64,000 nt of DNA. Origin: a bacterium. Lineage in GTDB: Bacteria; Bacillota; SLNR01; JBMNPB01. Under the pieces are notes generated by a model, which was not told where the DNA came from, did not search any database, and saw only the letters and a list, made by a program, of their open reading frames with translations. The position numbers and the translations under genes are program-made. The stretch covers positions 29,392-93,391 of the forward strand of contig JBMNPB010000001.1 in NCBI GenBank assembly GCA_050943375.1, read 5' to 3'. Within the stretch, counting starts at the first letter, position 1. Each line of letters begins with the position of its first letter. Below, piece by piece: positions 20,866 to 29,722 of the stretch.

Positions 20866-21134
20866 ACGTCGACGTCCGCCTGTTCGCTCCTTACAAAACC
20901 GCCGCCGGCCGGGAGATCGTGACGCTTTCCTTCCCCGCCGCGGCGACGGTGGGGGATGTCCTGGCCGAGCTGCAAAGATGTTACCCGCGGCTGCGGGAAA
21001 CACTCGCCCCGGTGCGGGGGCGTCCCGCCTTATGCCCGGCGGCCGTGCTCATCGGCGACCGTTTGGCCGATGAAGGCGATCCGGTCCGGGACGGAGATGT
21101 TGTTTATCTGGTGCCGTCCATCGTGGGGGGATAG
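20862..21134 (+). CDS. MoaD/ThiS-family ubiquitin-like sulfur carrier
   Basis: 90 aa; VRLFA start, TVGDVL, DGDVVYLVPSIVGG with terminal Gly-Gly; GTG overlaps the whiA stop. Confidence 0.85.
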   Translation: MNVDVRLFAPYKTAAGREIVTLSFPAAATVGDVLAELQRCYPRLRETLAPVRGRPALCPAAVLIGDRLADEGDPVRDGDVVYLVPSIVGG

Positions 21135-21135
21135 A

Positions 21136-21759
21136 ATGAGCCGATCCGACAAAACAGTTCTGCGGCAGAAGATGCTGCGACTCCGCCGGGCTTTGCCGCC
21201 GGAAACAAGGGAGGAGAAAAGCGAGAGGATTATCCGGCGGCTGACCGAACTGCCGGTATACCAAGAGGCGGACTGCGTTCTTTGCTATCTGTCAAAAGAG
21301 GATGAACCGGCAACCGACCGGCTGATCCGGCAGCGGCTGGCGGCCGGCCGGAATACCGCCGTCCCCGTGCTCCGGCCGGAGGAGGGGATTTTTGCCCCGG
21401 CCCGGCTGGCGGACTGGGAAAAAGAATTGATAACGGGGCCTTACGGTATCCGGGAGCCGGCGCCGGAGTTTTTCCGCCCGGTGGCGGCATCGCAAATCGA
21501 CTTGGTGCTGGTACCCGGTGTTGTTTTCGACCGCCGCGGCAACCGGATTGGTTTCGGGAAAGGATACTACGACCGGTTTCTCCGTACCCCCGGTTTGCGG
21601 GCTCCGGCCGTCGCCCTGGTGTTCGCCCTGCAGGTCGTGCCGGGCGTGCCGGCGGCAGCGCACGATGTGCCGGTGGACGCGATCGTCACCGAAGACGAAG
21701 TGATATATTGCCGGAAACATCTCGGATTGGAACAAGCTGCGGATCAATCAGAGCTTTAG
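21136..21759 (+). CDS. 5-formyltetrahydrofolate cyclo-ligase
   Basis: K..LR..M, YGIREP, DLVLVPGVVFD..GNRIGFGKGYYDRFL, HDVPVD. Confidence 0.93.
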   Translation: MSRSDKTVLRQKMLRLRRALPPETREEKSERIIRRLTELPVYQEADCVLCYLSKEDEPATDRLIRQRLAAGRNTAVPVLRPEEGIFAPARLADWEKELITGPYGIREPAPEFFRPVAASQIDLVLVPGVVFDRRGNRIGFGKGYYDRFLRTPGLRAPAVALVFALQVVPGVPAAAHDVPVDAIVTEDEVIYCRKHLGLEQAADQSEL

Positions 21760-21796
21760 CTTTTGCCTCCGATACGACTGGGCGAGGGAAGTACCC

Positions 21797-22520
21797 CGTA
21801 GGGATAACCAAGGGTCGCCCGCCGCGCCGCGAAACCTCGCGTTACGTAGGGACCGGTGCCCTCACCGGTCCGCCGGTATTGTTCCCGCCGTCAGGCCGGA
21901 GCAACGAGAAAACCTGCCTGCGGTTAACAGCAATAGGAACGGCTCCGTAAGGCTCGTACCCTTGTAGGATCGGCCGCGGATCGCCCGCCCCTGCTTATGC
22001 GAACGGGATATCTGTCCCGCGCAGTCGCCGGGGGCGCCGCCCCGGCGCAAAATAAGCCTCTCCGCCGCGTGCCGGCAGTGAAAGGCCTGACGGATACTTG
22101 TCAGGCCTTTCACTTATGATCCGATTGGGAATGTTTCATAGCTTTGCGGATCCCGGCGGCGTCTCTCCGGTCGGCCAGCCGGAGCGGAGCGAGGGAATCT
22201 TTTCAATACCGCCGTGCCAGATACCTGACGGCAGAAAAGAAAAACTACTCCCCTCCGGCGGAGGGGTGGTCGTTCCCCGACCTTCTGCCCGCGTAGCCAA
22301 GCAACTGTCATTGCGAGGAGCCGGCTTCCATTGCCGACAAGTCACTACGGCAGCCAGCCTCTTTCTATTGATGCCGGCGACGCGGCAATCTCTTTCGTCA
22401 TCCCGAATCTGCCGTCAATTCCCCTCCCTTGGAGGGGTGTACGGCGAAGTCGGACGGGGTGGTCGTTCCGTCCCGTCAAGTCACTACGGCAACCAGCTTT
22501 CTAATGATGCCGGCGAAGCC
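21797..22520. repeat. Cluster of REP-like palindromic elements of several types
   Basis: GTAG-initiated palindromes (e.g. gtagggaccggtgccctcaccggtcc near 21846); cccctcc..ggagggg hairpins near 22250 and 22421; tgtcattgcgaggagc...gcgacgcggcaatctc at 22306-22394; direct repeat caagtcactacggca...gatgccggcga at 22338 and 22477. Confidence 0.65.
22077..22114 (+). terminator. Strong hairpin, probable terminator of the rapZ-whiA-FTHF cyclo-ligase unit
   Basis: Inverted repeat agtgaaaggcctgac / gtcaggcctttcact. Confidence 0.6.
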
Positions 22521-23075
22521 AGGCGGGGTGATCGCAGAGCAAACAACCCCAACGTATCGTGTCCAGGTCGAGAACGGTTTGCAAGAAAGGTCTCCGGAAG
22601 TGTGGGCGAGGGTATTATCCCTGCCGGCAGAGGTTTTATACCGGGACCGGAATACCGGTTAACTATACGGTCGCTGGCGGCAGCCTGCTGCCCGACTGGG
22701 TGGATTATTCATTGCCGAAAGAAGAATTCCGCAAAGTGTGCGGCGTGAGCACATCCGGATGGCTGGTGGGTATGGGCGGCGTCAATAAGGGGTTGGTGTG
22801 TATCTGGGCGATATTGCATGACAAACGAGTGGCGGGAGAGGGACGAGAGTAAGGTTTGCTTTCGGAAATAAGTGATAGCTGCGAAAGCAACAAACAAAAA
22901 GCCAAAACACGGAAATATTGGAGGGAATTAGGGGGAAGGGCGCGAATTGTGACTGTATGAAGCAAGTTGGCGCACAGTGTGATACAAAGTTGACTGAATG
23001 AGTGATCCAAGAGAAATTGCCTAAAATCGCAGCACTACGATACTCCGACTTATCACACCCATAAAGGAGCGGCGC

Positions 23076-26000
23076 ATGGAAATATTCGACAACATCACAA
23101 AAACCGTCAAAGATGACCTGACGGTCACAATCGAAAAGAACAGTCGTCTTTCTGTTGCCGCTGCTTGCTTCTCCATTTACGCCTATCAGGTCTTAAAGAA
23201 GCAGCTTGACCAAATTGATGAATTGCGCTTCATCTTCACGTCGCCCGCATTCGTTACCGAGAGAGCGCCAAAGGAGAAGCGGGAGTTTTACATACCCCGG
23301 CTCAACCGGGAGCGAAGTTTGTACGGGACGGAGTTCGAAGTGAAGCTGCGCAACGAGCTGACGCAAAAGGCAGTCGCCCGCGAGTGCGCTGATTGGATTC
23401 GTAAAAAGGTCACCTTCAAATCAAATACAACGCCGGAGAATATGGGCGGCTTTCTCAACGTCCAGACCGGTAATGACAAGCTTACCTATATGCCGCTTGG
23501 CGGTTTCACGACCGTGGACATTGGCTGCGAACGCGGCAACAACACATACAACATGATGACCAAGTTTCCCGCACCGAACAGTCTGGAATTCACCCGGCTT
23601 TTCGATAGCGTCTGGAACGATAAATCGAAATTGCAGGACGTGACCGAAGAAGTCCTCGACAGCATCACGGCCGCTTACAACGAAAACTCGGCGGAGTTTC
23701 TTTATTTCGTTGCTCTTTATAACATCTTCAATGAGTTCCTTGAAGATATCTCGGAGGATGTGCTTCCCAACGAAGCGACAGGGTTCAAGGAAAGCAAAAT
23801 CTGGAAGATGCTCTACGCATTCCAAAAAGACGCCGCTCTCGCCATCATTAACAAACTGGAAAAGTACAATGGCTGCATACTGGCCGACAGTGTGGGGCTT
23901 GGCAAAACATTCACCGCCCTTGCCGTAATCAAGTACTACGAAAACAGAAATAAATCAGTTCTCGTGCTCTGCCCCAAAAAGTTGACCGACAACTGGAACA
24001 CGTTTAAGGACAACTATGTGAATAACCCGATTGCCGCCGACCGGCTCCGTTATGATGTGCTGTACCATACCGACCTCTCGCGCATCCGCGGAAAATCCAA
24101 CGGGCTCGACTTGGACAGGCTGAACTGGGGCAATTATGACCTTATTGTAATCGATGAATCACACAATTTTCGTACCGGGGGCGAGGTGTACGGGGTTGAC
24201 GCAAAAGAGAACCGCTACCTCCGCCTTCTGAACAAGGTAATCCGGCCGGGCGTGAAAACAAAAGTGCTCATGCTCTCCGCCACGCCGGTCAATAACCGGT
24301 TTACCGACCTGCGCAATCAGCTCGCGCTTGCCTACGAAGGAAATCCAAAGCTGATTAACGATAAATTGGATACCGCGAAACCCATCGACGAGATTTTCCG
24401 GATTGCCCAGCGGGCATTCAACGCCTGGAGCGGCTACCCGTCGGAAGGCCGGACAACAGCTTCGCTTTTGAAGCTGCTGGACTTCGACTTTTTCGAGGTA
24501 TTGGATAGTGTGACGATTGCGCGTTCACGCAAACATATCGAGAAGTATTACAACATGGATGAAATCGGCAGGTTCCCCGAACGGTTGAAGCCGGTGTCCC
24601 TGCGTCCACCCCTGACGGATTTGAGCGACGCCATCAACTATAACGAGATATTTGACGAACTTATGAAACTGAACCTTGCGGTCTATATCCCCACGAACTT
24701 CATTTTCCCTAGCAAACTGGGCAAGTATGTGGACCCATCCGTGAATATCAACCGTGCGGGGCGCGAGCAGGGCATCCGCCGCCTGATGAGTATCAACCTT
24801 CTGAAGCGGCTGGAGAGTTCCGTATACTCCTTCCGACTAACTCTCCAGCGCATTAATATGCTGATCGAGGATACGATTTCGGAGATCAACAGCTTTGAAG
24901 CGGGCGGAGGCAGCCTCATCGAAACGACCGAGCTTGCCGATGACGCCGATTTCGATTATGACGACCAGAATACGGATTTCTTCGTCGCCGGGAGAAAAGT
25001 GAAAATCGACCTTGCCGATATGGACTATGTGAGCTGGCGCGCGGAACTCCAAAAGGATGCTGATATATTAGAACTGTTGACCCTGTTTATCACCGACATC
25101 ACGCCGGCGCACGACACAAAGCTCCAAACCCTGCTTGCGCTCATCTCCGAGAAGATTGAGAAGCCAATCAACGCCGGGAACAAAAAGGCCCTCGTGTTTT
25201 CTGCTTTTTCGGACACGACTGAGTATCTTTACCGGAACATTAGCGGCTATGTCAAGGATAAGTACGGGCTTGACACGGCTATGATTACGGGTTCGGTGGA
25301 CGGTAAAACCACGATTCCAAAATTCAGGGCGACTCTGAATAACGTCCTGACTTGCTTTTCGCCGCTATCGAAGGACAAAGCACTGCTCATGCCGGATTCG
25401 GACGATAGCATTGATGTTCTCATTGGAACGGATTGTATTTCCGAGGGACAGAATCTGCAGGACTGCGATTTCTGCGTAAATTACGACATCCACTGGAACC
25501 CTGTCCGCATTATTCAGCGGTTCGGTCGTATTGACCGTATCGGAAGCAAGAACGCGTTCATCCAGCTCGTAAACTTTTGGCCGGACTTGACGCTGGACGA
25601 CTACATTAACTTAAAAAGTCGCGTGGAAGCGCGCATGAGAATATCGGTCATGGTCTCCACCGGCGACGACGACCTGATTAATGCCGAAGAGAACGGCGAC
25701 CTCGAATACCGCAAGGCTCAGCTCAAGCGCCTGCAGGAGGAAGTCGTCGATATTGAAGACATGTCTTCAGGCATTTCCATTATGGATTTGGGGTTGAACG
25801 AGTTTCGGCTCGACCTGCTCGACTACATCAAAAACAACGGCGACCTTGATAAGACCCCCCACGGGCTGCACGCCGTCGTCCCCACCAAGGGCGATGCGCC
25901 TCCCGGTATGGTATTCGTGCTGAAAAACATCAATGGCGGTGTCAACATCGGCAACCAGAACCGCCTGCACCCCTTTTATCTGGTGTATATCGCGGATACC

Positions 26001-26300
26001 GGCGAAGTCGTCTGCGACCATCTTTCACCCAAGGAAATGCTGGACAAGCTGCGTTATCTCTGCAAGGGAAAAGCCGAGCCGCTCGTTGACCTGTGCCGCG
26101 CCTTCAATCTGGAAACCAATGACGGCAGGAATATGCACCGATGTTCGGAATTGCTGAGCGATGCGGTCCACTCCATCATTGACGTGAAGGAAGAAAGCGA
26201 CCTTGACAGTCTGTTTAAGGGTGGCGGCACCTCCGCGCTGAATACGACCATCAACGGCCTGGATGACTTTGAGTTGATCTGTTTTCTCGTAGTGCGCTGA
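23076..26300 (+). CDS. SNF2/SF2 helicase associated with type III RM loci
   Basis: LADSVGLGKT, IDESHNFR, LSATP, SEGQNLQ, WNP...QRFGRIDR; N-terminal region resembles a degenerate PLD-like domain (inference). Confidence 0.88.
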   Translation: MEIFDNITKTVKDDLTVTIEKNSRLSVAAACFSIYAYQVLKKQLDQIDELRFIFTSPAFVTERAPKEKREFYIPRLNRERSLYGTEFEVKLRNELTQKAVARECADWIRKKVTFKSNTTPENMGGFLNVQTGNDKLTYMPLGGFTTVDIGCERGNNTYNMMTKFPAPNSLEFTRLFDSVWNDKSKLQDVTEEVLDSITAAYNENSAEFLYFVALYNIFNEFLEDISEDVLPNEATGFKESKIWKMLYAFQKDAALAIINKLEKYNGCILADSVGLGKTFTALAVIKYYENRNKSVLVLCPKKLTDNWNTFKDNYVNNPIAADRLRYDVLYHTDLSRIRGKSNGLDLDRLNWGNYDLIVIDESHNFRTGGEVYGVDAKENRYLRLLNKVIRPGVKTKVLMLSATPVNNRFTDLRNQLALAYEGNPKLINDKLDTAKPIDEIFRIAQRAFNAWSGYPSEGRTTASLLKLLDFDFFEVLDSVTIARSRKHIEKYYNMDEIGRFPERLKPVSLRPPLTDLSDAINYNEIFDELMKLNLAVYIPTNFIFPSKLGKYVDPSVNINRAGREQGIRRLMSINLLKRLESSVYSFRLTLQRINMLIEDTISEINSFEAGGGSLIETTELADDADFDYDDQNTDFFVAGRKVKIDLADMDYVSWRAELQKDADILELLTLFITDITPAHDTKLQTLLALISEKIEKPINAGNKKALVFSAFSDTTEYLYRNISGYVKDKYGLDTAMITGSVDGKTTIPKFRATLNNVLTCFSPLSKDKALLMPDSDDSIDVLIGTDCISEGQNLQDCDFCVNYDIHWNPVRIIQRFGRIDRIGSKNAFIQLVNFWPDLTLDDYINLKSRVEARMRISVMVSTGDDDLINAEENGDLEYRKAQLKRLQEEVVDIEDMSSGISIMDLGLNEFRLDLLDYIKNNGDLDKTPHGLHAVVPTKGDAPPGMVFVLKNINGGVNIGNQNRLHPFYLVYIADTGEVVCDHLSPKEMLDKLRYLCKGKAEPLVDLCRAFNLETNDGRNMHRCSELLSDAVHSIIDVKEESDLDSLFKGGGTSALNTTINGLDDFELICFLVVR

Positions 26301-26315
26301 CGGGAGGCGTATTTC

Positions 26316-26963
26316 ATGCTTGACTTACCGAAAGGAACGGTGTTCAATCGGCGCATACCGAAGCAGAAGTTCTATGACAATCTGTCCGTAACCGCTGAGC
26401 TCAGACGGTTGTTCGCGGAGCAAATCAGCTCTATTTACTGGAGGAATAAAATCGCCCCCTCCACTGTGAATATCGCGGCCGGGGAAACAGTTGCGGAGAT
26501 TGAAGTCATCGAGATACGCCTGAACCAGCCCGGCCTTGATAAACGTGTTTTGCAGCTGATTGACAGAGGGATTCCCTACCATATTCTCTTTCTCCTTGTT
26601 CATGAGGACATGGTCCAGGCTTGGATTGGCTACAAGGAACAAGGTACGACCGGCATGCTCAAACCTGAAACCTACTACCATTCCATATGGCAGCCGATTG
26701 ACGGACTGACGCTGCATCTCACAGGGCTTAACATGGATGCGGTGTATGAGGGCTTCGTCCGTCAGATAGCCGGAGAGAACCTTGACGATAACTCCGGCGG
26801 CAGTCTGAAAGAAGCGGTTGCCCGTACTGAGCGGCGGCGGAAGCTGCAAAAGGAAATTGCCGCGCTGGAGAACAAGGTGCGTCGCGAAAAGCAATTCAAC
26901 ATCTAGGTTGAGCTCAACGGCGAGTTGAAGGAACTTAAGAAAGAAATGGAGGGGCTAATGTGA
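26316..26963 (+). pseudogene. DUF4391 protein with an in-frame amber stop at 26904-26906
   Basis: LP..T.FNRRIPKQKFY, EIEV, ID..IPY, REKQFN; the frame continues after TAG as VELNGELKELKKEMEGLM to TGA 26963, which overlaps the next start. Confidence 0.75.
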
Positions 26964-27862
26964 GCTCCGATCAGACGAGAAGAACGTTAAATCAGCTTGA
27001 TAAGGAGCTGGCGGACCTAGAGAAAAAGCTTGCCGAACTGGCAAAAAAAGAAGCTGACAAGACTAAGCGAATAAGTGATATTCAAAATAGTATTACGAAG
27101 AATACATCCTCTTCAATGCTATCCTCAAAACACCGTCAGATACAGGGATATCAAAGTGAGCTTGTGAGAGTTATAGGAGATAAGGCGGATATCAATAAGA
27201 AGATCGCTGACAGAAGGAAGAAGCGATCCGATACTGCCATTCGGCTGCAGCAGGACGAGGCAGCAGAGTTACAGAAGAAGAACAGGGCTCAGCAAGCAAT
27301 ACAGCGCGGTTATGAAAGGCGCATCGCAGATTTATCTGCCCAAATAACACAGCAAGTGTCCGCAGCCAAACTACCGGTCCATCCGTATGTTGAAAGTGGC
27401 CGTGAAGTATACGATGTGTTTATCTCCCATGCCTCTGAAGACAAAGCGGGATTTGCGGATGCACTATGTAAGGAGCTTAAGGCCAGCGGCGTGAAGGTGT
27501 GGTATGACACGCTTAGCATTGGGTGGGGCGACAGCCTGCGAGCCAAGATAGATGATGGTTTGAAAAAATCACGCTTCGGTATAGTCATTCTCTCAAAGGA
27601 TTATATCCGTAAAGGCTGGACGCGATACGAGTTAGACGGATTATTCCAGATTGAGATGACCAATGGCAAGACTATACTTCCGATCTGGCACAACATCACC
27701 AAAGATGAAGTTCAGGTATTCAGCCCAACCTTAGCCGGACGAAAAGCTTTGAACACAGCGATGTTTTCCGCCCGCGAAATTGCGGATGAACTAATAAAGA
27801 TACTGCCTAGCGTCAGTTCAGCGGATGCGGCAGAAGAAACGGAGGATATGTCACATGGATAA
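26960..27862 (+). CDS. Coiled-coil + TIR domain protein (putative NADase effector)
   Basis: N-terminal coiled coil of about 140 aa, then YDVFISHASEDK, VWYD, GDSL..ID.GL..SRFGIVILS, WTRYEL (catalytic Glu), ILPIWH. Confidence 0.92.
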   Translation: MSSDQTRRTLNQLDKELADLEKKLAELAKKEADKTKRISDIQNSITKNTSSSMLSSKHRQIQGYQSELVRVIGDKADINKKIADRRKKRSDTAIRLQQDEAAELQKKNRAQQAIQRGYERRIADLSAQITQQVSAAKLPVHPYVESGREVYDVFISHASEDKAGFADALCKELKASGVKVWYDTLSIGWGDSLRAKIDDGLKKSRFGIVILSKDYIRKGWTRYELDGLFQIEMTNGKTILPIWHNITKDEVQVFSPTLAGRKALNTAMFSAREIADELIKILPSVSSADAAEETEDMSHG

Positions 27863-29721
27863 AATGCGATTTGAATCACCTGACATGACCACCGCTAACA
27901 TTGATAAAATTGCAGCCTTATTCCCGAATGTAGTTTCCGAAGCTCGCGGCGAGGACGGAAAACTGAAGCATGCCGTTAACTTTGACATGCTCCGGCAGAT
28001 TCTGTCCGATGATGTGATTGAGGGTGACGAGGCCTACGAATTTACCTGGGTTGGCAAGAAGGCCGCCATGGTGGAGGCTGGGCGGCCCATCCGCAAGACG
28101 CTGCGCCCCAGTGTGGAGGAGAGTAAAAACTGGGATACCACCGAGAATCTCTATATCGAGGGCGATAACCTTGACGTGCTGAAGCTTTTGCAAGAGAGCT
28201 ATCTGGGTAAAGTTAAGATGATCTACATCGACCCGCCGTACAACACAGGAAATGACTTTGTATACCAAGATAACTTTGCCATGAGCCGTGAGATTTACGA
28301 TGGAGAGGCTGGCGTGTATAACGAAGAAGGGGATCGTTTGTTCCGCAATACCGAAAGCAACGGACGATTTCATAGTGATTGGTGCAGCATGATGTACCCC
28401 AGATTAGTTCTGGCGAGGAATCTATTAAGTGAGAATGGTGCAATCTTCATTAGCATAGATGATAATGAATTATATAACCTTAAGAAAATTTGTGATGAAG
28501 TATTTGGTACGGTGAACTATTTTGGGTTTGTTTATATGGAAAAAACGCACAGGGTCTAATGATTCAAAGAATGGGATTTCACAAGACCAAGACTTTATTT
28601 TGTCATATGCTAAAAGCCCCAGCACAGTGTTTTCGGGAGTAAAGAAAACATTTGAAAAATACTCCAATCCCGATAATGACCCACGTGGTGATTGGGCACG
28701 AGATAACTTGACCTGTAATAAAACTGCTTCCGAACGCCCCAATTTGTACTACCCTATAACCGATCCCGATACAGGGATTGTATATAACCCAAACCCTAAT
28801 AGGGTTTGGGCTTATGAAAAGGAACGAATGCGACAGGTAATTGCAGAAGGCAAGGTATTATTCCCAAAGGATGGTAAAGGTACTCCTATGTATAAAAGAC
28901 ATAGGAGTGAGATAAGATCAGATGCGAAACCTTTTAGCACCCTTATTAATACCAAGATTAATGCAGTGGCAACAAAAGAAGTGCAAGAGATTTTCGGCAG
29001 ACAAGTTTTTAGTTATCCAAAAAGCGTTGATTTGATAATGCAATTATTAAATCAACTTACAAGAGGTAGCGACGTCATCATCGATTTCTTCTCTGGTTCC
29101 GCTACCACCGCCCACGCAGTTATGCAGCTTAATGCCGAAGATGGTAGCAAGCGAAGATTCATTATGGTGCAGCTTCCTGAGCTTTGCCCCGAAGATAGTG
29201 AGGCAGCCAAAGCGGGTTACGCTACTGTCAGTGATATCGGCAAGGAACGAATTCGCCGTGCCGGAGAAAAGATTAAAGAAGACAATAAAGACAAGGAACG
29301 CATTGATGAACTCGACATCGGCTTCCGTGTCCTTAAGCTGGACTCCACCAATATGCGCGAAGTTTATTATGCGGCGGGTGAGTATACCCAGGACTTGCTC
29401 TCTCAGATGGAAGATAACATTAAGGATGACCGCACCGATATGGACTTGCTCTACGCGTGCCTGCTGGAATGGGGCTTGCCCCTATCCATGCCGCACACGC
29501 AGGAGGAGATAGAAGGGTTCACTGTGCATACCTACAATGACGGTGACCTCATCGCGTGCTTTGATAAGCATATCAGCGATGCAGTTGTCAAGAAAATAGC
29601 ACAGCGTCAGCCGCTGCGCGCCGTGTTCCGCGACGCCAGCTTTGCCGGCAGTCCCGAAAAAATCAATGTGGAGGAAATCTTCAAGTTGCTGGCGCCGAAC
29701 ACAAGCGTGCGGGTGATATGA
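27855..29721 (+). pseudogene. mod: Type III RM methyltransferase Mod, split by a +1 frameshift near 28520
   Basis: IEGDNL and IYIDPPYNTG in ORF 27855-28559; YPKS and DFFSGSATT in ORF 28522-29721; removing one T from the T4 run at 28520-28523 restores NYLGLFIWKK. Confidence 0.85.
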
Positions 29722-29722
29722 T

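Noticed and set aside
21000-21800. 6S RNA next to the FTHF cyclo-ligase gene
   Set aside because: The gene directly abuts the MoaD-like ORF, and no 6S-like long hairpin was recognised
22098-22852. ORFs of 216 aa and 97 aa in the intergenic gap
   Set aside because: The first runs through palindromic repeats, and neither has a convincing RBS or motif; a short remnant near 22620-22770 cannot be excluded
26960-27862. TIR gene as part of a Thoeris, CBASS or Pycsar system
   Set aside because: No ThsA (SIR2/SLOG or Macro), cyclase or STING partner in the window
28500-28560. Repeat-mediated phase variation of mod
   Set aside because: Only T4 and A6 runs are present, too short for a typical contingency tract
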